Below are positions 23,843 to 32,812 of a stretch of 41,181 bases of DNA, piece by piece (the first letter of the stretch is position 1; each line of letters begins with the position of its first letter). The translations under genes were made by a program, and so were the position numbers. The DNA is from a virus. The notes beneath the pieces were generated by a model, which worked only from the letters and a program-made list of their open reading frames with translations, had not been told where the DNA came from and made no database searches. Where the stretch lies: IMG/VR virus record IMGVR_UViG_3300020202_000046, positions 1 through 41,181 of that record; one strand, 5' to 3'.

Positions 23843-24708
23843 TAAAACATTCCCCCTATAAGCGAACTAATCCCGCCACCCATTTGCTGATTGTAGGTAT
23901 TAGCGCCAGCGTAAGCGTTTTGCGCCTGAGCCAATAATTGCTGTAATAGGCCTTGCGACATCATTCCAGAGGCATTAAAGCCTTGATCGCTCATGTGCGA
24001 CATGCCCGTTAATCCGGTGTCGTACATACCTATGCCGTGATTTAAATAGTTGTAATAATCTTGATTCGCCAGATTATTGATCGTGCCAGCAATGTTTTGC
24101 TGCTGCATGGGACTGCCCAACATCCCGCCTGCTGCTGACGCTCGATTTGCCGCACCCTCTGCTTGCTGCGTTTGAAATTGATAGCCTGGCGATTGCTGAA
24201 AACCTGCGCCGATTTTATTCATGACTGCGCCAGGATCATTAACTAATTTATTATTTTCAGCGTTAAGCGTTCCCATGGCGGATTTGCCCGCATCAATGTA
24301 CGGGTTTAAATATTTGCCCATGGAGCCTTCAATGCTGCCCAAATAAGGATCGGCGGCATCCGAGGGATTTTTAGCAAAAAACATATTAAATAAACCATTT
24401 GCAATACCGCCCATCCTGCCGCCTGGTGTTTGGCTGCCTAATGAACTCATGAGTCCGCCGCCTCCACCTCCGCCGCCAGAACCGCCCAGCATCGACATCC
24501 AATTGCTGCCGCCCCCTCCGCTTGAGCCACCGCCCATTGAGCCGCCCATTAAGCCTTGTTGCGAGCTATAAGCCCCAGAGCCGCCCTGCGGATTAAAATA
24601 ATTCTGGCCAAACGGTACTTGACTGCCGGAACCGCCGCCCTGCGAACTATCGCCGCCTTGCGATTGCAGCATTTGCATAAGGAGCGGTAAAAAATAAGCG
24701 TATGCCAT
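23842..24708 (-). CDS. Gly/Met/Gln-rich low-complexity virion protein (288 aa)
   Basis: Track ORF. GGGSSGGGGSNWMSMLGGSGGGGGGGG tracts are present. It lies in the ejection-protein position. Confidence 0.45.
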   Translation of the reverse strand: MAYAYFLPLLMQMLQSQGGDSSQGGGSGSQVPFGQNYFNPQGGSGAYSSQQGLMGGSMGGGSSGGGGSNWMSMLGGSGGGGGGGGLMSSLGSQTPGGRMGGIANGLFNMFFAKNPSDAADPYLGSIEGSMGKYLNPYIDAGKSAMGTLNAENNKLVNDPGAVMNKIGAGFQQSPGYQFQTQQAEGAANRASAAGGMLGSPMQQQNIAGTINNLANQDYYNYLNHGIGMYDTGLTGMSHMSDQGFNASGMMSQGLLQQLLAQAQNAYAGANTYNQQMGGGISSLIGGMF

Positions 24709-24713
24709 AAAAT

Positions 24714-25004
24714 TTAACTCATGGTAAAAGTTCTAAAAGTGCCGCTTTCGTTGCCCATAAACTTGCCGGTTGTTTTATTAAAAACAAAAGAACCGATGGA
24801 GGCCGCCGTATTTAATTGCGCAATGGTCGCTGCATCTAGCTGGGGCGGCTTCCAGCCTTCATTACTCAGGGCCCGCTGTAATTCCGTGATTAATTGCTGC
24901 AACATCAAAATAAAATTTGAATTAACATTTACCGCTTTAACGTTTCCGCTTCTGTCGTCTTTCTCTACGGTAAATAAAGGCTGCGCTAAATTAGGTATGC
25001 TCAT
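24714..25004 (-). CDS. hypothetical virion protein (96 aa)
   Basis: Start moved to ATG 25004 (MSIPNLAQ), which forms an ATGA overlap with the stop of 25001..26458. The longer track ORF would overlap the upstream gene by 70 nt. Confidence 0.5.
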   Translation of the reverse strand: MSIPNLAQPLFTVEKDDRSGNVKAVNVNSNFILMLQQLITELQRALSNEGWKPPQLDAATIAQLNTAASIGSFVFNKTTGKFMGNESGTFRTFTMS

Positions 25005-26458
25005 TGGTAAATACTCACAGAGCCATCGGTGGCTAAAAATCGGCCATCGCCCCAAAAACGGAACTGGCACACAAAATCGTTGGCCTGCCCCATTCCCCAG
25101 AAATTCAACTTGTTTTGTCGAAAGCCCAGCGGGTTTAATTGCTTACTGACAATAGAGCTATAGCTCTCGCCACCATCTTTGGAGAAATTAAAATCCACGC
25201 GCTGCAAATTAGAATCAGAACCTTGCTCAATCGTGAAATTGACGTTATTGACAATAAATTGCTCAGCTTTCAGCAGCCTGATATTTTTACAAACACGAAT
25301 ACGCGGAATAACCAGACCGTCATAGGTGGTGTATTTGCTGTTTAATTCGTATAAATTGCCATCTTCAAAACTGATGAAATAATATTTATTATTAAAAAAT
25401 GTGACTGATTTGGCGGGGTGACAATTTTGATAATGGTCACACAACGTAAAGAATTTATTGGTCTTAAAATCAAATAATAGGGTCAGGCCATCGTCCGGCC
25501 AGGAAACCTGATAAAAAGGATGGCCATCTTGCTTAAAGCAAAATCCATAACAATTGGTAGGGTTCGTTAATTCAGATAGCCTGAAATTAATGCCATCATC
25601 CGATATTTGTTTAACGGAATTCCCGTCCGTGTAAATAATGGCGGGGCCCGATGATTCATTAACGCCTACCCAGACTACCAAACCGCTGATATTGCCTTTT
25701 TCTTCTGAGATAGAAACAGAACCGATAGAAGCCTGATTGGCACATCCGTAATCAATGTTATTAAAGGTGTTTTTAGTGTAAGGAAATAATTGTGTGCCGG
25801 TGTCATACCAAGGCTCGACAACGGTTTTACCAAACACCAGCAATAGATTGCCCTTGCCAGGAAAGCGCACACAGGCCATCGCTTCATCGGGCTTGGTTTG
25901 AATTTCCCCTGTACTGGCCGCATCCGCTGGAAAGGAGTGTGCGTTATTTGGAGCGGACAAGCGCCATTCAGCGCGATTAAGTGAAGGCGCGATGATATAG
26001 CCGTCCTGAAAAGTGACATAGCCAGGCGTAAAGTCCAGGCCAGAACCCGATCCAGTTACCGCTTTGCTAAACGTGTGGTTGCGATAGTCATAAACATAAA
26101 TGGATGATTTATCGCAGATAGCAATCTGATCAGCGTTATTTTCGCTGATAAAAACATCGCCTTCTGACGTTTCAATGGTGGCTATTTTTGTTTTGGATAA
26201 ATTCTCGCTAATAGAAAAAACGGCATCATCGGCCACCGCGATCATGTGGTCATAGCGCGCGCTGCTGTAAAGTCCCCTGCCCTGGCCACTGTCTGATAGC
26301 GTAACGGCCTTTTTATGGCCGGCGTATGGCACCATCCAGCCATCGGAAATAAACATATTAAAAGTTTGCTGGCTTGATATTTTGGAATAGCGCCCAAACG
26401 TTGAGGAGCCGACAATATCCAATGGTATTTCTTGCGTTCTTGCCATTAGGGCACCCAC
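25001..26458 (-). CDS. tail hub / packaged-DNA stabilisation protein candidate (P22 gp10-like, 485 aa)
   Basis: Called on size, on position after the adaptor-size gene, and on an N-terminal pattern (FNMFISDGWMVPYAGHK...GRGLY) reminiscent of P22 gp10 as recalled from memory. Confidence 0.4.
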   Translation of the reverse strand: MGALMARTQEIPLDIVGSSTFGRYSKISSQQTFNMFISDGWMVPYAGHKKAVTLSDSGQGRGLYSSARYDHMIAVADDAVFSISENLSKTKIATIETSEGDVFISENNADQIAICDKSSIYVYDYRNHTFSKAVTGSGSGLDFTPGYVTFQDGYIIAPSLNRAEWRLSAPNNAHSFPADAASTGEIQTKPDEAMACVRFPGKGNLLLVFGKTVVEPWYDTGTQLFPYTKNTFNNIDYGCANQASIGSVSISEEKGNISGLVVWVGVNESSGPAIIYTDGNSVKQISDDGINFRLSELTNPTNCYGFCFKQDGHPFYQVSWPDDGLTLLFDFKTNKFFTLCDHYQNCHPAKSVTFFNNKYYFISFEDGNLYELNSKYTTYDGLVIPRIRVCKNIRLLKAEQFIVNNVNFTIEQGSDSNLQRVDFNFSKDGGESYSSIVSKQLNPLGFRQNKLNFWGMGQANDFVCQFRFWGDGRFLATDGSVSIYQ

Positions 26459-27177
26459 CCGCCGCCTAAAAAGGCGACCGCTAAGAAATCGGGAGCTTGT
26501 CCGCTATACAGCGTTGATGATTTTTGTGTGGTTAAATCCACAGGGCTTATATAGTCAAAATCTTTGCGATACCGCATAAGGCGCTTTTCAGCGCTTTCCG
26601 GCATGGAAATGCCAAATTCTGAGCAAATAAGATTGGCCAATTCATAGCGCGCATAAACCAAGTAGCCGCGCTCATAAAATTCGCTTAAATCTACATCTGG
26701 GCTTTCGATTTCCTCTAACCCAAATTTGCCCCACACGGTCAGCGGATAAACGGCGGAAGGTCGCGGGTAAAGTGAAATGGTTGTGCCGCCTACGCCGTCC
26801 TCATCAATGGAGCGTTCAGCATGCCAGCTTGAAGGCAAGGTAGTGACATTATCCACCTGGCTACGCCCTCTAAATTGCACACGCCCCACGTTTTGCATAG
26901 CAAAGCGAACGGGGCTGTCCTCGCCGTTATTAAAGGTCAGCGTTTCAATGGCTAAAAGATTGGGCACAAAATAATCAGGCTCGCCAATCTCTGTTACCGT
27001 TTCATACTTTTTATAAAACGGTATCAGCGACATGTCGGAAATTTTGTCGGTTAGCGAATCGTTGAGCAAACTAAGGCCTGTTGACATTTGAGGGCCGGAC
27101 ACAGTCTCAAAGCCCTCAGCAACAATGCCAGCTAAAGAATAAGCCCTAGTAATTAACTCCGACGCTAAATAAGACAT
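26446..27177 (-). CDS. head-tail adaptor candidate (243 aa)
   Basis: Called on position alone, between the coat-proximal gene and the hub-like gene. Confidence 0.3.
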   Translation of the reverse strand: MSYLASELITRAYSLAGIVAEGFETVSGPQMSTGLSLLNDSLTDKISDMSLIPFYKKYETVTEIGEPDYFVPNLLAIETLTFNNGEDSPVRFAMQNVGRVQFRGRSQVDNVTTLPSSWHAERSIDEDGVGGTTISLYPRPSAVYPLTVWGKFGLEEIESPDVDLSEFYERGYLVYARYELANLICSEFGISMPESAEKRLMRYRKDFDYISPVDLTTQKSSTLYSGQAPDFLAVAFLGGGWVP

Positions 27178-27191
27178 TCATACCGCCTCTT

Positions 27192-27938
27192 TTACACGAA
27201 GTATTCGAAGCCATTAACCCAAACATCCGCATTGCACGAAGCCGCCGAGTTGATATAGCGAATAGTCGGCGCCGAGCTAACGAGTTTTGACAGTATTTTT
27301 TGTTGTCCGCCATTAAACTTTGTTGCGACAGAGCCATAAATACGCGGGCCAACCGTAGCGCTTGAAGCGCCGGGGAAAAAACTTACGTAATCGTTAGCGG
27401 TAGCCGGTGTAAACTCCGCATTAATTAACACGGGCGTGTTATCAATGGGCGGAACGCCAGTTGTTAAAGTAATGTTAGCCAAGCTTGCGCTGGTGCCATC
27501 GTTTAAGACTTTGATGGAATCATCCCAGTAATGCTGGCGTAAATTGCCATTGCCTACGACATAGCCTTTAATTAACTCAGAGCTGGAGTTGGTTAACCAG
27601 TAGCCAACAACATCAGAAATATTGTAGCCAAGCGGCATAACGGGCGTAGCAACAGTTGCAAAAGTCGTCAGCATAAAGGCTGGCGTTTTGGTGTTAATGT
27701 CAGATCCAATTTGTACTACAGCGTACCAGGTACTGGCCGCTAAAGAGCCTGTATCAAGCCCGTTAGCGCCATTCACTGCCGCATTAATAGTGACCGCGCT
27801 TGAGGTAATATCAAACGCATTACCGCTATCGCGCGCCTGGCCAGCAGCAACAGTTAAAGTTGTCGCACTGTCCCACGCTAATTGCAGGTTATTTTTATAA
27901 AGCATCGGTAAAGAAAACGCTTGCGATGAAGTAGTCAT
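27192..27938 (-). CDS. virion structural protein of unknown role (248 aa)
   Basis: Track ORF immediately downstream of the coat gene. Confidence 0.5.
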   Translation of the reverse strand: MTTSSQAFSLPMLYKNNLQLAWDSATTLTVAAGQARDSGNAFDITSSAVTINAAVNGANGLDTGSLAASTWYAVVQIGSDINTKTPAFMLTTFATVATPVMPLGYNISDVVGYWLTNSSSELIKGYVVGNGNLRQHYWDDSIKVLNDGTSASLANITLTTGVPPIDNTPVLINAEFTPATANDYVSFFPGASSATVGPRIYGSVATKFNGGQQKILSKLVSSAPTIRYINSAASCNADVWVNGFEYFV

Positions 27939-27957
27939 TTTTATTTTTCTCCGTCAA

Positions 27958-29256
27958 TTAAGAGTTAATGGGAAACAAGATACGCATGCTGTAATCTTGC
28001 ATAAGTGTGCTATCGAAAATGCAGTCATTTACGTAGCCGTCCATGTTTCCGCCAAATTGCGAACCGTAGTAGTTACGCAGTGATGCGCCCGTATCGCCCA
28101 CAGTGCTAGACGTCGGATAAGGAATTTTTTGCCCTAAGCGTGGCATTGCCAGATAAAACGCATCACCACCCACAACCAGCCCGCATTTATGGCGCGGCAT
28201 GAATTTCAATGTCATACCTGCAACAATGGCTTTGTTAATGTTTTGGTTAGCAGTTGTGCTAGAGCTGACTAAAGGAGGCGTAATATCCACGGTCACGTTA
28301 TCGCCGCTTGCGCTTGCGTCCGCAGTTACACGGAATTGCACAGGACATTCAGAAACCGCTTGACCAATGAAGGTTAAGAAGTTTAAGCCGTTAGCTGGTA
28401 GGAATTGGCCTAAATCGCCTGATTTAACTGCATCCGCGCCCGCGCCGGTAGCGCCGCTTAATACCATCTGTGTGCCAGCGGCATTAATGCTGACGACGGT
28501 TAGTGTCGTGCTTGCATTGCCTAAGTTCCCAGATTCATGAATAGGCAATAAGTTAGAACGATAAAACTTGCTATTGCCACCGGTGTAGCTGCCCAAATCC
28601 CAGGACTGCGTTAATTTATTGTTGCGGTCCGGGGTGAATTGGTTAGCACCAGTATTAATAATTGCGCTGATGGCCATGTTAGGCAGATACGTTTTTAATT
28701 CACCAGGGGCCGCGCCATATTCGTGGAAAAACGATTCCATCTGTGCGAGCTGACCAAATGAATTAATCGCTGTCACGCCATCGCCGTAAAAGCGGAAGGG
28801 CCCAGAGACGGTATTTAAAGCGCCCGTGGGAACGCTTTGACCAATGCCATTAAGCGAATAAACAGGAACGCTGCTATTAGCGTTTTTAGCCACGTTAATT
28901 TCGATAGAGGCGGATAATTGCTTAATAGCACCTTTACCAATTTTTGTCATGTAGTCTTTTAAGTTATAAATGAACTCTTGCTCATTCATCGCATACGAGA
29001 CGTTTTTAGCTTGTGTAATGGTTAAAGGGTGCAAGCGCTGTTCAGTGCTTTGGAAGGTCACAACTAGGCCGTCTGCCGTCCTAAAACGATACGGCAATTC
29101 AATATTGACGGTTGCGCCTAATTGCGCCGTCATGTTTTGAAAGTCTTTAAACTTAGTGTTTAGGGTAGAGATGAAACAATTTTGGTTTTCAAGGTGCGCT
29201 AACGCCGCTGGCTGATAAGTCGCAACTTGTTGTAAATAGTTAATTGGGTTTGCCAT
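27958..29256 (-). CDS. major capsid protein (P22-coat-size, 432 aa)
   Basis: It follows the scaffold gene in a terL-portal-scaffold-coat order. Its length is close to that of the 430-aa P22 coat protein. Confidence 0.7.
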   Translation of the reverse strand: MANPINYLQQVATYQPAALAHLENQNCFISTLNTKFKDFQNMTAQLGATVNIELPYRFRTADGLVVTFQSTEQRLHPLTITQAKNVSYAMNEQEFIYNLKDYMTKIGKGAIKQLSASIEINVAKNANSSVPVYSLNGIGQSVPTGALNTVSGPFRFYGDGVTAINSFGQLAQMESFFHEYGAAPGELKTYLPNMAISAIINTGANQFTPDRNNKLTQSWDLGSYTGGNSKFYRSNLLPIHESGNLGNASTTLTVVSINAAGTQMVLSGATGAGADAVKSGDLGQFLPANGLNFLTFIGQAVSECPVQFRVTADASASGDNVTVDITPPLVSSSTTANQNINKAIVAGMTLKFMPRHKCGLVVGGDAFYLAMPRLGQKIPYPTSSTVGDTGASLRNYYGSQFGGNMDGYVNDCIFDSTLMQDYSMRILFPINS

Positions 29257-29316
29257 CGCAAAAATCTCCGCTTATTAGTTTTAATAGCGAGGACGGTTGC
29301 GATGTGTTTTTAAGGC

Positions 29317-30042
29317 TTACGCTTGTAGGTAATCTAAACCGCGTAGCTCATTTGCACTCATCGGGCCGTCACTCGTTCCGGTATTCGATGGTGTTAATTG
29401 ATCTAACGGAGGATTAGCGCGGGGAGCGTTTCGGCCAGATTCATTCGTTTTTATCGATTGAGACCAGTTTATAATCGCTTGCACAGCCAAATGATCCATG
29501 CCTGGAGTTCGTGCGTACTGAACAATTTGCCCTGCCTGAAGAGGATTTTTTAATAAATCTTCTAAAACAGACGCGCCATTGTCGAGCGAGTTAATTAAAA
29601 TTTTAAGTTCCGGCATATTTTGTATGCCAAACGCTTTCAATTTTTCCTCAAAATCCGGCACTTGAGCTTTATGGGCTTGGATTTTAGCAAAAAATGCATT
29701 TTCTACATTCTGCATAGCACCTTGCCAGCGCATCTGCTCTGTTTGCTCGGCGACTATTCGGCGCACTTCATCCGGCGTTATGCCAGGACTCATGCCGCCT
29801 AATCCGCCTTGCGACTGAACAGGTTGCGCTTGTTGCTGAGGTTGATTTCTCTTCAATTCCTCCAGCACTTCAGCTCTGGTCTTTTGATAGGTTTCGCTTT
29901 TAACAGCGCCTACCAATTTATCTACCTGAGATTGAGGTATTAACCTTTCTTTTTCCTGTGGCTGCGCTTGTGGCGTAGCAGCAGGTACACTATTCCCAGC
30001 ATCACCTTGTGGCGATGCCCCACCTAATAATTCGTCAGTCAT
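29317..30042 (-). CDS. scaffolding protein candidate (241 aa, Gln/Glu-rich helical)
   Basis: Called on position between portal and coat, and on composition. Confidence 0.55.
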   Translation of the reverse strand: MTDELLGGASPQGDAGNSVPAATPQAQPQEKERLIPQSQVDKLVGAVKSETYQKTRAEVLEELKRNQPQQQAQPVQSQGGLGGMSPGITPDEVRRIVAEQTEQMRWQGAMQNVENAFFAKIQAHKAQVPDFEEKLKAFGIQNMPELKILINSLDNGASVLEDLLKNPLQAGQIVQYARTPGMDHLAVQAIINWSQSIKTNESGRNAPRANPPLDQLTPSNTGTSDGPMSANELRGLDYLQA

Positions 30043-30229
30043 TTTTCACCTTTATCGACTATTGCCCCGTCACGGTATGCCCCAAAAGCGCATGGGTCTC
30101 GGCTATTTCTCCGCATAGCTGCGTATGCCTCTCGTCACGTAAGAGTCCCGTAAAATAGCGCTAAAAATCCATAGCACCATTTCAGTGTATGAACATACTT
30201 CGCGCGCTATTTGCTCGCAATAAAATAAT

Positions 30230-30249
30230 AAGGGGAATTGAGGGGATAG
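30230..30249 (-). promoter_or_regulatory. late-operon motif copy 2 (minus strand CTATCCCCTCAATTCCCCTT), ahead of scaffold/coat
   Basis: Read directly. Downstream on the minus strand lie TTGCGA, a 17-nt spacer and TATGTT. Confidence 0.45.
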
Positions 30250-30266
30250 ATTTTTTTAGAGAAAAC

Positions 30267-30295
30267 GCCCACCAGAATTAATTATTTTGGCGGGC
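30267..30295 (-). terminator. rho-independent terminator candidate after the packaging operon
   Basis: The minus strand reads GCCCGCCA-N13-TGGTGGGC followed by GTTTTCTCT. The helix has a G.U pair in the minus-sense RNA but an A.C mismatch in the plus sense. Confidence 0.5.
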
Positions 30296-30302
30296 ATTTT
30301 TA

Positions 30303-30482
30303 TTAAGAGGCGCGTTTTCTGCCAGCAGCCGCCATTTTAGACATTTTTGCAGCGCCGTATTTTTTACGACCTGCCGACGCTGCAATAGCAGCCGCTGCAT
30401 CTGGTGATTTGCCAGAGCGTTCCAACTTGCCTTTTAGTTTTTGAAAGCGGCCACCGCCGCCCAGCTTCATTGATTTAGCCAT
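30303..30482 (-). CDS. small basic protein (59 aa, below the track cut-off)
   Basis: Manual translation: MAKSMKLGGGGRFQKLKGKLERSGKSPDAAAAIAASAGRKKYGAAKMSKMAAAGRKRAS. It is followed by the terminator. Confidence 0.6.
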   Translation of the reverse strand: MAKSMKLGGGGRFQKLKGKLERSGKSPDAAAAIAASAGRKKYGAAKMSKMAAAGRKRAS

Positions 30483-30654
30483 TGTTTGCCCCCATTGATT
30501 GTGTTGGCTGTGGTTTATTTGCTTTAGATAATTTATTAAAAAAATTATTAATATCAGTTTGTGTTTTTGGCCAAAAATTAAAATTAATATCTTTTATGTC
30601 TATTTTTTTAGGAAAATCTTTAAACCTGGTTTTAAGTTGTTTAATTTCTGACAT
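30475..30654 (-). CDS. hypothetical protein (59 aa, below the track cut-off)
   Basis: Manual translation: MSEIKQLKTRFKDFPKKIDIKDINFNFWPKTQTDINNFFNKLSKANKPQPTQSMGANNG. An AGGAAG SD is present. Its start overlaps the portal stop, and its stop overlaps the next start. Confidence 0.5.
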   Translation of the reverse strand: MSEIKQLKTRFKDFPKKIDIKDINFNFWPKTQTDINNFFNKLSKANKPQPTQSMGANNG

Positions 30655-32812
30655 TGTTTTCTTCCTTTGGTTTGGGTTTATTCGCCTGAATTATATCATG
30701 ATGAAGTCGTACATCCTCCCTGTCATGCTTTCGCATTTCTCCGTGGTGCCTGCTCGCCTCATGCACAACAGCAATGGCCATATCCACGTTTTTAGCCATC
30801 TTCTCCGTTTGCTGCTGCTCTAACCTTACCACTGCCTCCCGCTGCGATTCCTGGGCTTCTAATAGCAATTTAAGCCTATCGTTTTCGGCTTTGATTTCAT
30901 CAATCGATTGTTGGCCCGCATCAAGCTGGTTTTTGACTGTATCCTGCTGTATCTGATGTTCGACTTTTTTGGCCTCAATCTGATTACGCTGCACCTGCGG
31001 GTTATTCTGCATCTGCTGCATGGCCATGGCTTGTTGCTGCGCCATCTGTTGCTGCTTCTTTTGCTGAAATTGCTTAGCCATCATGCGCATTTCATCTGCG
31101 CCCGCACACTCTACGTTTTGCAGGAGGATTGGCAGGCCATCTGTGCTAAAGAATTCACCCAGCACCGGCATTGAATGCGCCAAATCGATAATTTCAGCCA
31201 AGGAGCGGGATTTTTGAATCGCAAAATTAACGCCAGGCTCAACTTTTACCCGGAATGAGTTTTCTGCGTATTGCATGCTAACGCCATTGGGCATGTTAAT
31301 CGGCGTTGATTCGCGTTTACCATCTTTATTTAATGTTGGGATAGAGCGCTTTTTAACGAGATACTTAGGAATTAAATCAACAATTATCTGGGCGCACCAA
31401 TCCCAGGATTGTAAAAATCTTACGATATAGGGCATCGCGGCTGAGTTTGATAAGGTAATGCTTTCGATAATCGCTTTACCTGACAAATCCTTATTATTAC
31501 CGCCCAGCGCTTGGTCAAAATTACCTAAAATGGTTTCTACCTTCTGCTCGCCTGCCATAAACGTGTTGGGTATCTCTGGCGGTATTGGCGCACGAACCAC
31601 GGGCGCTGGTGGATTAACAGGATTGCCGTTAACGTCCTTATCTTTGTAAATAACGACACTCGGCAATTGATTATTTTTAATCGCAGCCAAATATTCTGGC
31701 TGTGTCGGCAAACCGCCTTCTGGGAATATCCATTTACTCTGGATGCTGTCTTCCAGCTCAGAGGCCAAGCTTTGCCCTGCAAAGTTAGTCAACATCTGCG
31801 CGCCCTTGGCTTGGTAAATATACGGGCGCGTCATCTGCTGCACGGGGCCGTCTGTGCCATCCCGTAGCAATACGCTATTACCATCGACAAACACCAACGG
31901 CAGATATTTAAAGTCTGTTTCGATATAGCCTATCACCTGGTCCTCAATTAAGTGATAACGGCATATCGTGGTCATGTCGCTCATGCGGCTATCAATAATA
32001 TCGGGTATTTGCTCAAAGAGCATGGACTGCTTAGACTGCACTTCTTGCTTATATTCTTTTTTCGTCATTACTTGGCCATCCGCCAGTTCGACTATTTCAA
32101 CTTTATCTTTGCGCTTTTCGTAGTAGTAACACTCTAATAAAATATCGTTTTTATCGGTGCGATACGACCAGCTAAACTCACCCGCCTTTCTGGCAAAGCT
32201 GACGTTATTAATATCGACATCAGGGCGTTCTTTTTTAAACGCTTCTTTGGTTTTGGGGAAATACTCAAAACAAAAATCGCCATCCCCTTTGTGCGATAGC
32301 TGTGCTTTTTTATCAAAACCGCATAAGGTTGGATCAAATACCTTCATCACTTTAATATCCTGATTAAAGCTTCTGGAATGCACGTAATCAGTAGTGACTT
32401 TTAGCACGCTAAAGCCGCCGCCTAATTGGTCGGTATAAACATCGTATTCACAACCCAGCTTGTTAGAGTCGTAAAGCACATGCTTAACATAGCCCTGCAC
32501 CACTTGTATTTGTTGCACCAGTTGCGGCGTTTCCGGCATATCGTCCTGAGCGCTCACCTCAATGGATGGCTCTTGTTTAGCAAATTCACCGCGCAAGCGA
32601 GATAGCTTAGCTTCCGTAATATTAAACTCTAAATCAGGCTTGCCGAGTGCTTTTAAGAGTGCCCGCATGTTGTCGGTGAGCGCTGTCCTAAAAACAAAGT
32701 TTTTGAATTCCCAATATCTATCATAATTGGGCTTAAAGTAATCGTACGATTCTTTAATGTTTTTCTTAATGTCTTCTAATCTGTCCTGATACTTTTTATC
32801 TACTTTAGCCAT
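30641..32812 (-). CDS. portal protein (723 aa)
   Basis: It lies directly downstream of, and overlapping, terL. Size supports the call, as does the long Gln-rich helical C-terminal tail (QQKKQQQMAQQQAMAMQQMQ), which recalls P22-type portal barrels. Confidence 0.75.
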   Translation of the reverse strand: MAKVDKKYQDRLEDIKKNIKESYDYFKPNYDRYWEFKNFVFRTALTDNMRALLKALGKPDLEFNITEAKLSRLRGEFAKQEPSIEVSAQDDMPETPQLVQQIQVVQGYVKHVLYDSNKLGCEYDVYTDQLGGGFSVLKVTTDYVHSRSFNQDIKVMKVFDPTLCGFDKKAQLSHKGDGDFCFEYFPKTKEAFKKERPDVDINNVSFARKAGEFSWSYRTDKNDILLECYYYEKRKDKVEIVELADGQVMTKKEYKQEVQSKQSMLFEQIPDIIDSRMSDMTTICRYHLIEDQVIGYIETDFKYLPLVFVDGNSVLLRDGTDGPVQQMTRPYIYQAKGAQMLTNFAGQSLASELEDSIQSKWIFPEGGLPTQPEYLAAIKNNQLPSVVIYKDKDVNGNPVNPPAPVVRAPIPPEIPNTFMAGEQKVETILGNFDQALGGNNKDLSGKAIIESITLSNSAAMPYIVRFLQSWDWCAQIIVDLIPKYLVKKRSIPTLNKDGKRESTPINMPNGVSMQYAENSFRVKVEPGVNFAIQKSRSLAEIIDLAHSMPVLGEFFSTDGLPILLQNVECAGADEMRMMAKQFQQKKQQQMAQQQAMAMQQMQNNPQVQRNQIEAKKVEHQIQQDTVKNQLDAGQQSIDEIKAENDRLKLLLEAQESQREAVVRLEQQQTEKMAKNVDMAIAVVHEASRHHGEMRKHDREDVRLHHDIIQANKPKPKEENNVRN

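Noticed and set aside
24430-24660. GC-rich (GGN)n simple repeat
   Set aside because: It is in frame and encodes the poly-Gly tracts of the 288-aa virion protein. It is not a non-coding repeat.
15460-32363. Many 60-140-aa ORFs antisense to or out of frame with structural genes (e.g. 15460..15759, 19366..19572, 20858..21154, 21985..22254, 23271..23516, 24721..25149, 25675..26019, 30482..30823, 30908..31174, 31537..31782)
   Set aside because: They are fully nested in long, well-supported minus-strand genes. They show Cys/Arg/Leu-rich shadow composition and have no initiation signals.
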